DNA from: an uncultured Clostridia bacterium
GTDB lineage: Bacteria > Bacillota > Clostridia > TANB77 > CAG-508
Length of the DNA: 61,496 nucleotides
NCBI GenBank assembly: GCA_947632585.1
Contig: CANRPS010000004.1
Span: forward strand, 1 to 61,496
Reading direction: 5' to 3'
Positions 21,540-31,923 of this stretch are shown here, piece by piece (positions within the stretch are counted from its first letter, which is position 1; each line of letters opens with the position of its first letter). The notes under the pieces were generated by a model, which was given only the letters and a program-made list of their open reading frames with translations, did no database searches and was not told the origin of the DNA. The translations under genes were made by a program, and so were the position numbers.

Positions 21540-22409
21540 ATGGAAGATTTTGCAACTTATATATTAGAAGAAAAAGATTTAGCTCAAAAAATGATGATAA
21601 CATATTATTTATCCAAAAAGGCTGGCATATATTTTGATAAATCAATTGTTTTAAAAGCAGAAATAACAAAATTATTTATAGAATATATGAGACTAAATGT
21701 TGATGAAAATTTAGTTTTAACAGCAATGCTTTTATGTAATTGCAAAAAAGTAGAAAATTCTCAAAAGATAGGAAAGTTAGAAACATTTGCAAAAGAAGGT
21801 TCAGAATATTTGGCGGAATTAGGTTTTAATAGCTATTTCTGTAGAATATGTGAACAAATAAACAGATATAGTGGAAGTACACCAAGAGAAAGAGAAAGTG
21901 ATTTATTAGAAGTAGTAGATCAATTTACGGGATTAATTTTAAATAGAGTAGAAAGAACAGCTTTTTCTACTTTAGAAGCATTAGTTATTTTACAAGAAAA
22001 AAACTTTAAATATATAGATAATAGATATTTAGAATTATTTGACAGATTTGTAAAAGAAATGGAAAACATAACAATTAAAGAAAATATTGATGTACCTATA
22101 ATTCAAAAATTAGTACACTTACATAATAAAGAAGCAAATGTTAAAACATTTATTGCATCTATATTTAATAGATATGACGAAAGAATAAATGAAGCAATTA
22201 AGAAAAGTTTAAAGAAAAAATCTAAAAAAATACTTGAGCAAGAACATCAGATTGAACCTACAACACCTCAAAAAACAGCTACAGAAAAGATGAAGGAAAT
22301 CGTTGAATCAAATAGAGAAGCGGCTAAAGAAGCGAATAGAGCACTATTTAGTGAAGATACTGCTCAAAAAGTTTTAAACCACAAGTCGACATATAAAATG
22401 GAGGAATAA
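21540..22409 (+). CDS. Hypothetical protein resembling a degenerate HD/HD-GYP domain
   Basis: LTAMLLCNCKK at the HDxGK position; EVVDQFTGLILNRVERTAFSTLEAL parallels the HD-GYP C-terminal pattern; metal ligands absent. Confidence 0.5.
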   Translation: MEDFATYILEEKDLAQKMMITYYLSKKAGIYFDKSIVLKAEITKLFIEYMRLNVDENLVLTAMLLCNCKKVENSQKIGKLETFAKEGSEYLAELGFNSYFCRICEQINRYSGSTPRERESDLLEVVDQFTGLILNRVERTAFSTLEALVILQEKNFKYIDNRYLELFDRFVKEMENITIKENIDVPIIQKLVHLHNKEANVKTFIASIFNRYDERINEAIKKSLKKKSKKILEQEHQIEPTTPQKTATEKMKEIVESNREAAKEANRALFSEDTAQKVLNHKSTYKMEE

Positions 22410-22410
22410 G

Positions 22411-23601
22411 ATGTACGAAATATTCGCGGATTTACATATACATATTGGAAGATCTGAAAATGGAAAGCCTGTTAAAATAACAGGTGCAAAAAGTTTGAAT
22501 TTTACAAATATAGCAAAAGAATGCTTTAATAGAAAAGGAATACAGGTAGCAGGTATTATCGATTGTGCCTCGCCTTATGTTATAGAAGATATAGAAAACT
22601 TTTTAAAATCTGGAGACGCATATGAATTAAAAGATGGAGGAATAATTTACAAAGATAAAGTTTGCATATTACTAGGTAGCGAAGTAGAAACATCTGAAAA
22701 AGGCAGGAACGGAAAATTAGGTAGCGCACATAATGTGTGCTTTTTTCCATATTTAAAAGATATTAAAGGATTTTCAAGTGAACTTTCTAGACATTTAAAA
22801 AATATAACTTTAAGCACTCAACGTACAGATCTATCTGGATATGAGTTAATTGATATTGTGGAAAAATATAATGGAATACTAATTCCAGCTCATATATTTA
22901 CTCCACATAAAAGCTATTATGGAAATTGTACAGATAGACTAGAAAATATATTTAAAGAAAAATATAACAAAATTTTTGCAGTTGAACTTGGATTGAGTTC
23001 AGACACTTTTTTAGCAGATGAGATATCTGAACTAGAAAATAAGACTTTTGTAACAAACTCAGACGCTCATTCTCTTCCTAGAATTGCAAGAGAATATAAT
23101 AAAATGTTAGTTAAAGATATTTCTTTTAAGGAAATAGTTAAAGCTCTAAAAAATGAAGATGGAAGAAAAGTTTTAGCTAATTATGGATTAGATCCCAAAC
23201 TTGGAAAATATCATAGAAGTTTTTGCGAAGATTGTAATGATTCTATAGAAATTGATGAGGCAGCAACTATTTGCCCTAAATGTGGAGGGCAAAACATTAC
23301 TTTTGGAGTTTTTGATAGAATTGAATTAATAAAGGATAAAAAAGAAACTAAAAGTCCAATTCATAGACCACCATATATTTATCAAGTACCTTTAACTTTT
23401 ATTCCAGGAGTTGGTGGAAAAACAATTGATAAATTGCTTGACCATTTTGAAACAGAGATGAATATATTACATAAAGCGACTAAGGATGATTTAGAAGCTG
23501 TAGTAGGGGAAAAAGTTGCTAGTAATATAATAAATAGTATTACAGGAAATGTGCATGTTCATTCTGGAGGCGGAGGAGTTTACGGAAAAGTATCATTATA
23601 A
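22411..23601 (+). CDS. PHP-domain endonuclease Q / YqxK family protein
   Basis: ADLHIH, IPAHIFTP, ELGLSSD, NSDAHS, GKYHRSFCEDC...CPKC, GGGGVYG. Confidence 0.85.
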   Translation: MYEIFADLHIHIGRSENGKPVKITGAKSLNFTNIAKECFNRKGIQVAGIIDCASPYVIEDIENFLKSGDAYELKDGGIIYKDKVCILLGSEVETSEKGRNGKLGSAHNVCFFPYLKDIKGFSSELSRHLKNITLSTQRTDLSGYELIDIVEKYNGILIPAHIFTPHKSYYGNCTDRLENIFKEKYNKIFAVELGLSSDTFLADEISELENKTFVTNSDAHSLPRIAREYNKMLVKDISFKEIVKALKNEDGRKVLANYGLDPKLGKYHRSFCEDCNDSIEIDEAATICPKCGGQNITFGVFDRIELIKDKKETKSPIHRPPYIYQVPLTFIPGVGGKTIDKLLDHFETEMNILHKATKDDLEAVVGEKVASNIINSITGNVHVHSGGGGVYGKVSL

Positions 23602-23606
23602 TGATA

Positions 23607-23651
23607 AAAAATATACCCTTAAATGTTTGAAACATTTAAGGGTATATTTTT
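23607..23651 (+). terminator. Intrinsic terminator
   Basis: AAAATATACCCTTAAATGTTT-g-AAACATTTAAGGGTATATTTT long perfect inverted repeat. Confidence 0.8.
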
Positions 23652-23852
23652 ACGTATTTGGAAAAATTTGACTTTTTGTATAAATAATGATATAATAATA
23701 GACGAAATAAATGAGATTTTAAACCAAAAAATGAATGAGATAAATTAAATATAAATTAGATTTTTAAATTAAGGCAATCTGCCTTAATTTAAAAGTCATT
23801 TGTTTATGTGTTTAAAATTAATTAAAAGACTAAAAAGGAGAAAACGAACAAA

Positions 23853-25721
23853 ATGGAAGAAAATAAAGAAATGACAAGAGAAAATGGTGGAATTAGAAAC
23901 ATCCATAGAAAAAAAATGCCAAAGAAAAATTATAACAAAAAAGAAATAAAAAAAGAAGAAAGCAAAATACCAGAAACAATCATAAAGAAAGAATATAGTC
24001 AAATTGAGAGAACAAAAAAAAGACCTAAAAAAACAAATAAAGTAGAGATAACAAAGGAAATTAATACAAAATTAAAAATAATACCTTTAGGTGGATTACA
24101 TGAGGTAGGAAAAAACATAACAGTTTTTCAATATGAAGATGAAATGATTGTTGTAGATTGTGGACTTTCGTTTCCAGAAGATGATATGCTTGGTGTAGAT
24201 TTAGTTATACCAGATATAACTTATATTGTAAAAAATCAAGAAAAATTAAAGGGAATGATAATTACACATGGGCATGAAGACCATATAGGAAGTGTGCCAT
24301 ATTTTTTAAAGCAAGTAAATACTCCAATTTATGGAACAAAATTAACATTAGGATTAATAAAGAATAAACTTGAAGAACATAAACTAGAAGCTTCTACTGA
24401 ATTAAATGAAGTAAATTCGGGAGAAACAATAAGACTTGGTAAGTATTTTAGGGTAGAATTTATTCAAAGTTCACATAGTATTCCTGATTCTGTAATGCTT
24501 GCTATTCATACTCCTATTGGAACAATAATACATACAGGAGACTTTAAAGTTGACTTTACTCCAATGGATGGAAGAATTATGGATTTCGGAAGACTTGCTG
24601 AACTTGGAAATCAAGGAGTGTTGGCATTAATGTCAGACTCTACAAATGCTGAAAGAAAAGGCTTTACAATGTCAGAAAGTACAGTCGGAGAGGTCTTTGA
24701 AAAGTTATTTGCAAATTGCATGAAAAGAATTGTGGTTGCAACATTTGCATCAAATGTGCACAGAGTACAACAAATTGTAAATTGTGCAATTAAATATGGA
24801 AGAAAAATAGCAGTTTGTGGCAGAAGTATGGTAAATATGATAGAAACTGCTAGAACATTAGGGTATATGGATTGTCCAGATAATTTATTTATAGATATAG
24901 ATATGATAAATAATTATACTGATGATAGACTTCTTATTATAACAACAGGAAGTCAAGGTGAAACCATGTCTGCACTAACTAGAATGGCAACAGGAACTCA
25001 CAGGAAAGTAAAAATTACACCAAATGACTTAGTAATTATTTCTGCTAATCCTATTCCAGGAAATGAAAAAAACGTATCAAAAGTGATAGATTCACTTATG
25101 CAAATAGGGGCTGAAGTAGTATATTCAGCATTGGAAGATGTTCATGTTTCAGGACATGCTTGTCAAGAAGAGCAAAAATTAATTTTAGCTTTAACAAAAC
25201 CAAAATATTTTATACCTATACATGGAGAGTATAGACATTTAATGGCACATAGTGAAACTGCAAAAGTAATGGGAATATTAAGTGAAAATATATTAAAACT
25301 AGAAAATGGAAAGGTATTAGAAATAAATGAATCTAGTGCTGAGTTTACAGGTAATGTACAATCTGGAATAATTTTAGTAGATGGTTTAGGAATAGGTGAT
25401 GTAGGAAATGTTGTATTAAGAGATCGTCAACATTTGTCACAAGATGGATTAATAATAGTTGTATTGACAATGGATAGTAGCAGTGGAGAAGTTGTTGCTG
25501 GTCCTGATGTTATCTCAAGAGGATTTGTATATGTAAGAGAATCTGAAAATGTAATGGAAGATATAAAACAGGTTGTAAGATATAAAGTACGTGAATTTGA
25601 AGAACAAGGAATACGCGATTGGGGAACTATCAAAAATTCTATAAGAGAAGATTTGAGGGAATATATTTTTGGTAAAACAAAACGTAATCCAATGATTATA
25701 CCAATTGTTATGGAAATATAA
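23853..25721 (+). CDS. rnj: Ribonuclease J with Lys-rich N-terminal extension
   Basis: PLGGLHEVGKN, THGHEDHIG, HTGDFK, FASNVHR, HVSGHA. Confidence 0.96.
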   Translation: MEENKEMTRENGGIRNIHRKKMPKKNYNKKEIKKEESKIPETIIKKEYSQIERTKKRPKKTNKVEITKEINTKLKIIPLGGLHEVGKNITVFQYEDEMIVVDCGLSFPEDDMLGVDLVIPDITYIVKNQEKLKGMIITHGHEDHIGSVPYFLKQVNTPIYGTKLTLGLIKNKLEEHKLEASTELNEVNSGETIRLGKYFRVEFIQSSHSIPDSVMLAIHTPIGTIIHTGDFKVDFTPMDGRIMDFGRLAELGNQGVLALMSDSTNAERKGFTMSESTVGEVFEKLFANCMKRIVVATFASNVHRVQQIVNCAIKYGRKIAVCGRSMVNMIETARTLGYMDCPDNLFIDIDMINNYTDDRLLIITTGSQGETMSALTRMATGTHRKVKITPNDLVIISANPIPGNEKNVSKVIDSLMQIGAEVVYSALEDVHVSGHACQEEQKLILALTKPKYFIPIHGEYRHLMAHSETAKVMGILSENILKLENGKVLEINESSAEFTGNVQSGIILVDGLGIGDVGNVVLRDRQHLSQDGLIIVVLTMDSSSGEVVAGPDVISRGFVYVRESENVMEDIKQVVRYKVREFEEQGIRDWGTIKNSIREDLREYIFGKTKRNPMIIPIVMEI

Positions 25722-25728
25722 TTAAAAT

Positions 25729-25752
25729 AATACCAAGTAATTACTTGGTATT
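25729..25752. terminator. Bidirectional terminator between rnj and spoIIID
   Basis: AATACCAAGTAATTACTTGGTATT palindrome between convergent genes. Confidence 0.7.
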
Positions 25753-25760
25753 GTTTTAAT

Positions 25761-26033
25761 TCATTTTCTATTTTCTTTTTCTTTTTCTTTTATGTATTTT
25801 AATTTTGTTGCCATTCCTCCACGAATGTGTCTTTGAGATTTATTTTTGTCTAAAACTATTCTAACCTCTTTAGCTAAAATAGGATTTATTTTTAAGAGCC
25901 TGTCAGATACATCCTTATGCACAGTACTTTTAGAAATCCCATATTTTTTGGCTGTTCCTCGTACAGTGTCTTTTGAATTTATGATATATTGTGCTAATTC
26001 TATAGCACGTTCTTCTATTGCGTAATTTTTCAT
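25761..26033 (-). CDS. spoIIID: Stage III sporulation protein D
   Basis: IEERAIELAQYII...TVRGTAKKYGISKSTVHKDV...RHIRGGMATK; ATG 26033 after GGAGGT. Confidence 0.95.
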   Translation of the reverse strand: MKNYAIEERAIELAQYIINSKDTVRGTAKKYGISKSTVHKDVSDRLLKINPILAKEVRIVLDKNKSQRHIRGGMATKLKYIKEKEKENRK

Positions 26034-26206
26034 AAAGAAGACCTCCATATAAGAATACTTTTGTTTAATTGTATTCAAAAAAATTAATTGATAGAACAAA
26101 AGAAATTAATAGAACAAAAGTGATTATTTAAAGGTTATAAGAAATATGTTAATTGACAAATATGAAAAATTATGTTAAATCATAAGGAGTAACGGAGGTA
26201 AAAAAA

Positions 26207-26785
26207 ATGAAATTTATATTAGCATCAAACTCACCTAGAAGAAAAGAGTTAATGAAATTAATAGTACCAGAATTTGAAATAAAGGTAAGTAATATTGATG
26301 AAAAATTGGAAAATGGATTTACTCCTGATGAGCAAGTGAAAAATTTAGCATTTAAAAAAGCCAAAGACATTTATAATAAAACTATTGGAGACAGAATAAT
26401 TATTGGTTCTGATACAATAGTGTATAAAGATGGTAAAATATATGGCAAACCAAAAGATGAACAAGATGCTAAAAAAATGATAAAAGAATTAACGACAGGA
26501 AATAGAATTCATAGCGTATTTACAGGAGTAAGTGTTATTATAGAAGAAAAAGGTTATTATAAAGAATATAATACATTTGATGAAACAAAAGTATATTTAA
26601 AAAATATGTCTGATGAAGAAATTGAAAGATGGATAAATACTGGAAATGCTATGGACAAAGCAGGTGCATATGGTATACAAAATGAATTTTGTGCCTTTGT
26701 AGACAAAATAGATGGAAATTATAATACTATAGTTGGACTTCCAGTACACAAAGTTTATGACATAATTAAAAACTATATAAATTAG
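26207..26785 (+). CDS. maf: Maf nucleoside triphosphate pyrophosphatase
   Basis: ILASNSPRRKEL, GSDTIV, DKAGAYGIQ, VGLP. Confidence 0.95.
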   Translation: MKFILASNSPRRKELMKLIVPEFEIKVSNIDEKLENGFTPDEQVKNLAFKKAKDIYNKTIGDRIIIGSDTIVYKDGKIYGKPKDEQDAKKMIKELTTGNRIHSVFTGVSVIIEEKGYYKEYNTFDETKVYLKNMSDEEIERWINTGNAMDKAGAYGIQNEFCAFVDKIDGNYNTIVGLPVHKVYDIIKNYIN

Positions 26786-26802
26786 TAAAAGGAGAAGAAT
26801 AT

Positions 26803-27360
26803 ATGAGATATTTTAAAAAGTTAGTTGGAGAAAAATTATATTTATCTCCCAGAAGTAGCGAAGATGTAGAATTATATACAAAATGGCTAAATGATTTTGA
26901 GACAACAGATTATATTGGGAAAAGTAGAGATTTTATAACCTTGGATGGAGAAAAAAAGTATTTAGAAGAACCTATAGAAGCTTATGTATTTTCAATTGTT
27001 ACACTTGACGAAGATAAAATGATAGGAAACATAAGTCTAGAAAAAATTGATCATTTAAATCAAAGGGGAACTCTTGGTATTTTCATAGGAGAAAAGGACT
27101 ATAGAGGAAAAGGCTATGGAACAGAAGCCATAAAATTAATTTTAGATTATGGATTTAATTATTTAAATTTGAAAAATATTAAGCTTGATTTAATGGAATT
27201 TAATGAAAGAGCATATTTCTGTTATAAAAAGTGTGGATTTAAAGAATATGGTAGAAGAAGAAAATGTAATTTCTTAAATGGTAGATATTATGATACTATA
27301 GAAATGGATATTTTAGCAGAAGAATTTCAAGGACACTATATAAAAAATAAAAATATATAA
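26803..27360 (+). CDS. RimJ/RimL-type GNAT acetyltransferase
   Basis: LGIFIGEKDYRGKGYGTEA, NERAYFCYKKCGF. Confidence 0.9.
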   Translation: MRYFKKLVGEKLYLSPRSSEDVELYTKWLNDFETTDYIGKSRDFITLDGEKKYLEEPIEAYVFSIVTLDEDKMIGNISLEKIDHLNQRGTLGIFIGEKDYRGKGYGTEAIKLILDYGFNYLNLKNIKLDLMEFNERAYFCYKKCGFKEYGRRRKCNFLNGRYYDTIEMDILAEEFQGHYIKNKNI

Positions 27361-27376
27361 TTTAAAAATATATAGA

Positions 27377-27419
27377 AATACGTCACATATTAAGCTATGC
27401 TTAATATGTGACGTTATTT
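27377..27419. terminator. Bidirectional terminator
   Basis: ACGTCACATATTAAGC-tat-GCTTAATATGTGACGT perfect stem between convergent genes. Confidence 0.75.
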
Positions 27420-27421
27420 AG

Positions 27422-27595
27422 TCAAACTTGACTCAAAAAGAGAAGCCATCCGACGAAAATGGAAGTTGAAATCAAAAAGACTAGTACATTGATCAGGATG
27501 TAATGACGATGCTTTTGAAGACCAAATGTTGTGTAGAAAACAGGGCATACTACTATTAAAAATAGCATTATACCGATTAGCTGAGTGCGGGTCAT
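27422..27595 (-). CDS. Small orphan two-TM membrane protein (57 aa)
   Basis: AAGGAG RBS 10 nt before ATG; MTRTQLIGIMLFLIVVCPVFY...ILINVLVFLISTSIFVGWLLFL; GC-richer than flanks. Confidence 0.55.
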   Translation of the reverse strand: MTRTQLIGIMLFLIVVCPVFYTTFGLQKHRHYILINVLVFLISTSIFVGWLLFLSQV

Positions 27596-27817
27596 TGGGG
27601 CATGTCTCCTTTCTCTTTTTATAATCACAACAAAAGTGATTTTTTTTTGCTTAATGCCTTCAGCATTAGGTCATGACAATTATTATAGCATAAAATATAC
27701 TAAAAGTAAATTTTAACAAAGATAGTTTAAGTTATACTATTGAAAAGATAAATAATATATGATAAAAATAAATAAACAAAGACAAATAGACAATAAATTT
27801 TGAACAGAGGGGGAAAA

Positions 27818-28580
27818 ATGGGAAGAAGAAAAAAGAGTAATATACCTAATACATTAAAATTTACAATTGCAATATTTTTTTTAATTATAGCAATTGGGTA
27901 TGTAGGTATTGATCAAGGTTTAAATAATAAAATCATTAATGAAGATATAGAAAATACTCAACTTGTTAGCAATAATATTGATTTAAGTAGTATTCCTGAA
28001 TTTAACAATACTCCTTATGTGGAAATAAATAATAATATTCCTTATTTTACAGAAGAAGATTATACTACAGAAAATTTTGAAAACTATTCAGAATTAGATT
28101 ATTTAGGTAGATGTGGTGTAGCTTATGCTAACATTTGTACATATACTATGCCTAAAAAAGGTGAAAAAAGAGGAAGTATTAGCAATATTAAACCTACTGG
28201 TTGGATTCAAAGTTATTATAAAAATGTTATTAAAGAAGAACATTTATATGAAAGATGTCATTTAATCGGATGGCAATTAGGGTCAGAAAATGATAATAGA
28301 CTAAATTTGATAACAGGAACAGGCTATATGAATGTAGAAGGTATGTTGCCTTTTGAAAATAAAGTTGATGATTACATAGAAAATAATGAAAACAACCATG
28401 TATTATATAGAGTTACTCCAATTTTTGAAGGTACTAATATGGTGGCAAATGGGGTAGAAATGGAAGCATATTCAGTAGAAGATAATGGAAAAGGTGTATG
28501 TTTTAATATATATTGTTATAATGTTCAACCAGGTATTAATATAGATTATGCAACTCGGTGAAAGCAAATTAATAGAATGA
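27818..28580 (+). CDS. Membrane-anchored DNA/RNA non-specific endonuclease (EndA/DNA-entry nuclease-like); C-terminus completed by +1 shift at C28556
   Basis: N-terminal TM; LDYLGRCG, KPTGW, ERCHLIG, NLITGT, YRVTPIF, NVQPGINIDYAT-G-ESKLIE*. Confidence 0.85.
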
Positions 28581-28732
28581 TGTAAATTTATATTTTAGAT
28601 AGAGAAGTTATTTTATAATTTCTCTATTTTTTATTGTCGAATAAAATCACATTTTGTATATAAATTTAATATTATATAAAAAGAAACGTAGTGTAAAACA
28701 CAATGTTTAAAATCTATTTTAGGAGGTAAAAA

Positions 28733-29086
28733 ATGATAAATAGATGTAGAAGATTTTGCTGTATGAATAATACTCCAAATATGTGTAATTCCAAGATGTT
28801 AGAAAAAAGTTGTAGCAATGTCGGAAATAAAACTCAAGACTATAATGAAAATTGTAGTTGTGGGTTTGATGACAATAATTCAAATGGTGTATTTCCTGAA
28901 AATCCAATGCTTGCACAAAGCTATGTGCCAATTCAAACAATGAACGAAACTTTTAAACCTTGTATAGGTTTAAAAAATGGAACTATATTTCCTGAGTTAG
29001 TTAGCCCTTACAATCCAGGAGATTCTATGAAACAGATTAAATATCTAGAAAAAACAAATATTATTGGAAAGGGGTGTAACAAATGA
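28733..29086 (+). CDS. cotJA: Spore coat-associated protein CotJA with Cys-rich N-terminus
   Basis: LAQSYVPIQ...GLKNGTIFPEL; upstream of cotJB/cotJC. Confidence 0.85.
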   Translation: MINRCRRFCCMNNTPNMCNSKMLEKSCSNVGNKTQDYNENCSCGFDDNNSNGVFPENPMLAQSYVPIQTMNETFKPCIGLKNGTIFPELVSPYNPGDSMKQIKYLEKTNIIGKGCNK

Positions 29087-29469
29087 GCGAAAATGAAAAT
29101 AAAAATTGTAGCTGTGAAAAAAAAGCTACAAATAATATGGAATCAGAGAATACTAATATTGGAGCATTAAACAATATGTGGGTAAAAGATGACGACGCTT
29201 GCCTATGTAATTGTAAAGATAATGCTACACAAGAAGAAATGATTCATCAAATTAAATGCTTATTTTTTGGAATACAAGAACTTACTTTATATTTAGATAC
29301 ACATCCAAATGATGAAAAAGCCCTATGTTTACACAATAAATATTGTAAAGAATATAGAGAATTAACAGATAAATATCAAAAAATATATGGACCATTAACT
29401 ATGACCTATCCATGTAACAAATGGAGATGGATAGAAGAACCATGGCCTTGGGAAGGAGGAATGAACTAA
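29083..29469 (+). CDS. cotJB: Spore coat protein CotJB
   Basis: ELTLYLDTHPND..A, YGPLT, WRWIEEPWPWE. Confidence 0.92.
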   Translation: MSENENKNCSCEKKATNNMESENTNIGALNNMWVKDDDACLCNCKDNATQEEMIHQIKCLFFGIQELTLYLDTHPNDEKALCLHNKYCKEYRELTDKYQKIYGPLTMTYPCNKWRWIEEPWPWEGGMN

Positions 29470-30065
29470 TGTGGACTTATAATAAAGTATTAGAATATCC
29501 AATAAATATAAAGAAAAAAGATCCACGCTTAGCTAAATTTATAATATCACAATATGGTGGACCTGATGGAGAGTTAGCTGCTTCTTTAAGATATTTATCT
29601 CAACGTTTTGGTATGCCAGATCAAACTTCTAAAGCTATATTAAATGATATAGGAACAGAAGAATTAGCTCATTTAGAAATGGTAGGAACTATAGTTCATC
29701 AACTAACAAAAGATGCATCAATAGAAGAAATAGAAAAAGTAGGGTTGGGCGATTATTATACAGACCATGGTGTAGATGTATATCCTGTATCAGCTGCTGG
29801 AAACCCATTTACTGCTGCATATATTGCATGTAAGGGTGATCCTATAGCTAATTTACAAGAAGATTTAGCTGCTGAACAAAAAGCAAGAGCAACTTATGAA
29901 AAATTAATAGATTTATGTAGAGACAATCCAGATGTATTAGACCCACTTAAGTTCCTAAGAGAAAGAGAAGTAGTACACTTCCAAAGATTCGGTGAAGCTC
30001 TTCGTAAAGTACAAGATAAACTTGGAGATAAAAATTTTTATATGAATGATTGTGGTCAAAGGTAA
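29469..30065 (+). CDS. cotJC: Manganese catalase-family spore coat protein CotJC
   Basis: QYGGPDGELAASLRYL, DIGTEELAHLE, FLREREVVHFQRF; ATG overlaps the cotJB stop. Confidence 0.93.
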   Translation: MWTYNKVLEYPINIKKKDPRLAKFIISQYGGPDGELAASLRYLSQRFGMPDQTSKAILNDIGTEELAHLEMVGTIVHQLTKDASIEEIEKVGLGDYYTDHGVDVYPVSAAGNPFTAAYIACKGDPIANLQEDLAAEQKARATYEKLIDLCRDNPDVLDPLKFLREREVVHFQRFGEALRKVQDKLGDKNFYMNDCGQR

Positions 30066-30149
30066 ATATGAAAGAAATATATAGAAATTAAAGAAAAAAG
30101 AAAATGAAAAGACTATTTCCAAATATGGAGATAGTCTTTATCTATTTAT

Positions 30150-30528
30150 CTACATTTTTTGAGTTCCAGGTATTAAATAATCAATAATACCATATATTAA
30201 AGCTCCTATAATTGCAGCCATCCACGAAATTGTATAACCTGCTACAAAAAATTGTGTAACATAAAGAATAATTGCAGCAAGTGCAAAACCTACAAAACCT
30301 TTTCCAAAAGGACTAGCATGTAGTCCTGTAAATTTAACTATTAAATAGTCTAAAAAAGTTAAAACAATAGCAGCAATAACTAAAGACCAAATATTATTGA
30401 TTGCAAAACCAGGTGTAAAAAATGCAGTGATAGCCAAAACAACGGCTGCAGCTATAAGTCTACCTACTATTTGCCAAGCTGTATTTGTATTATTTGATTC
30501 ATTTGCTCCGAGTTCGAGTATCTGACAT
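30150..30528 (-). CDS. 4-TM phage-holin-like (YvlD/DUF360-type) membrane protein, 125 aa if C30510 is skipped
   Basis: AGGAGG-9 nt-ATG TCA GAT ACT CGA ACT CGG AGC AAA TGA; +1 frame gives GANES...WQIVGRLIAAAVVLAITAFFTPGF. Confidence 0.7.
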
Positions 30529-30701
30529 AAAGCTCATCCTCCTTTTTTTATTAATTGTGCCTATTTATGAATATTCAAATATTCATAAAAATTTTAGCTA
30601 TATAAAATATTGTTTACATTAAAAAAATTTTTATTCTTATTTGAATAAAAATATCAAAAAAAGAGAAAATAAAAACGAAAAATATAAAAAGGAGAAAAAT
30701 T

Positions 30702-31382
30702 ATGCTTATAAATTTTTTTAGAGCAATAATTTTATATATAGTAGTTTTAATTGTAATGAGATTTATGGGAAAAAGAGAAATAGGGCAACTTCAACCATTT
30801 GAACTTGCAATAGCAATTATGATTGCTGACTTAGCATCAATTCCTATGACAGAATCAGGAATTCCAATATCAAGTGGTATAGCTGCTATAATGGGTCTTT
30901 TAGTGTCACACTTAGTAATTTCTTTGATAAATATAAAAAGTATAAAGGCAAGAGAAGTAATATGTGGAAAACCAAGGATTTTGATATATAGAGGAAAGAT
31001 AGATGAAAAAGCTTTAATAAAAGAAAGGTTTACCCTAAATGAATTACAGGAAAGATTGAGAGATAGAAATGTAACAAATATTTCAGATGTCGAATATGCT
31101 ATTTTAGAAACAAGTGGACAAGTAACCATAATACAAAAGCCTAATAAAAGACAAACTATACCAGAAGATTTTGGCATTATGCCAGAATATGAAGGTCTAC
31201 CATATGACTTGGTAGTTGATGGAAAAATAATGGAACAAAATTTGAAAGAATTGGGAAAAGACTATAATTGGTTAGAAAAGGAAGTTAGAAAATTTGGATA
31301 TATGCCAGAAGAAGCATTACTTGTAACTATAGATGGAAAAGGACAATTTTTTTGTCAAAAAAAATCTAAAAAAATACATTAA
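30702..31382 (+). CDS. DUF421/YetF family membrane protein
   Basis: RFMGKREIGQLQPFE, VEYAILETSGQ, VVDGKI. Confidence 0.9.
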   Translation: MLINFFRAIILYIVVLIVMRFMGKREIGQLQPFELAIAIMIADLASIPMTESGIPISSGIAAIMGLLVSHLVISLINIKSIKAREVICGKPRILIYRGKIDEKALIKERFTLNELQERLRDRNVTNISDVEYAILETSGQVTIIQKPNKRQTIPEDFGIMPEYEGLPYDLVVDGKIMEQNLKELGKDYNWLEKEVRKFGYMPEEALLVTIDGKGQFFCQKKSKKIH

Positions 31383-31424
31383 ATATAAAAAATAAAAAGT
31401 TAAGAAAATAGGGAAGGAAATACT

Positions 31425-31808
31425 ATGTATAAGGAAGCTATTATATCAATTATTATAGTTATTTTAATATTTTCTATTGACTATATAACTCAAAATTATA
31501 CTGAAAAAAATGTTGATTTAATACAAAACGAATTTCAAACTTTAAGAACAAATTTAGAAAAAGGGGATTTAAATAATGCAGAAATGGAAATAAAAAAAAT
31601 AGAAAATAATTGGAATAGTATAAAAAATAAATTAGCTTGTTATATTGAACATAATGAGCTAAACAAAATAGAGGTAAGTTTTACACTTTGCAAAAGTCTT
31701 GCAAAATCAGGAAAATATGAATTAGCTATAAGCAAATTAGATGAAACAATTTTTATTTTAGAACACATGAATGAAAGATATGTATTAAGTTTAGAAAATA
31801 TTTTTTAA
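31425..31808 (+). CDS. DUF4363 family protein
   Basis: N-terminal TM, IEHNELNKI, LSLENIF end; usual partner of DUF421. Confidence 0.75.
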   Translation: MYKEAIISIIIVILIFSIDYITQNYTEKNVDLIQNEFQTLRTNLEKGDLNNAEMEIKKIENNWNSIKNKLACYIEHNELNKIEVSFTLCKSLAKSGKYELAISKLDETIFILEHMNERYVLSLENIF

Positions 31809-31923
31809 ATTTTTTTAAAAAACTATTTACATTTTTTTTATGTTTGTATAGAATATAATAAAATGTAGAATAATGGCAAAAAATGAACATAAGAAAATGG
31901 ATTGAGAAAGGAAGTATTTTAGG

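Noticed and set aside
30150-30528. Holin-like gene as evidence of a prophage
   Set aside because: This 4-TM family is commonly chromosomal; neighbours are spore coat and DUF421 genes and there is no endolysin.
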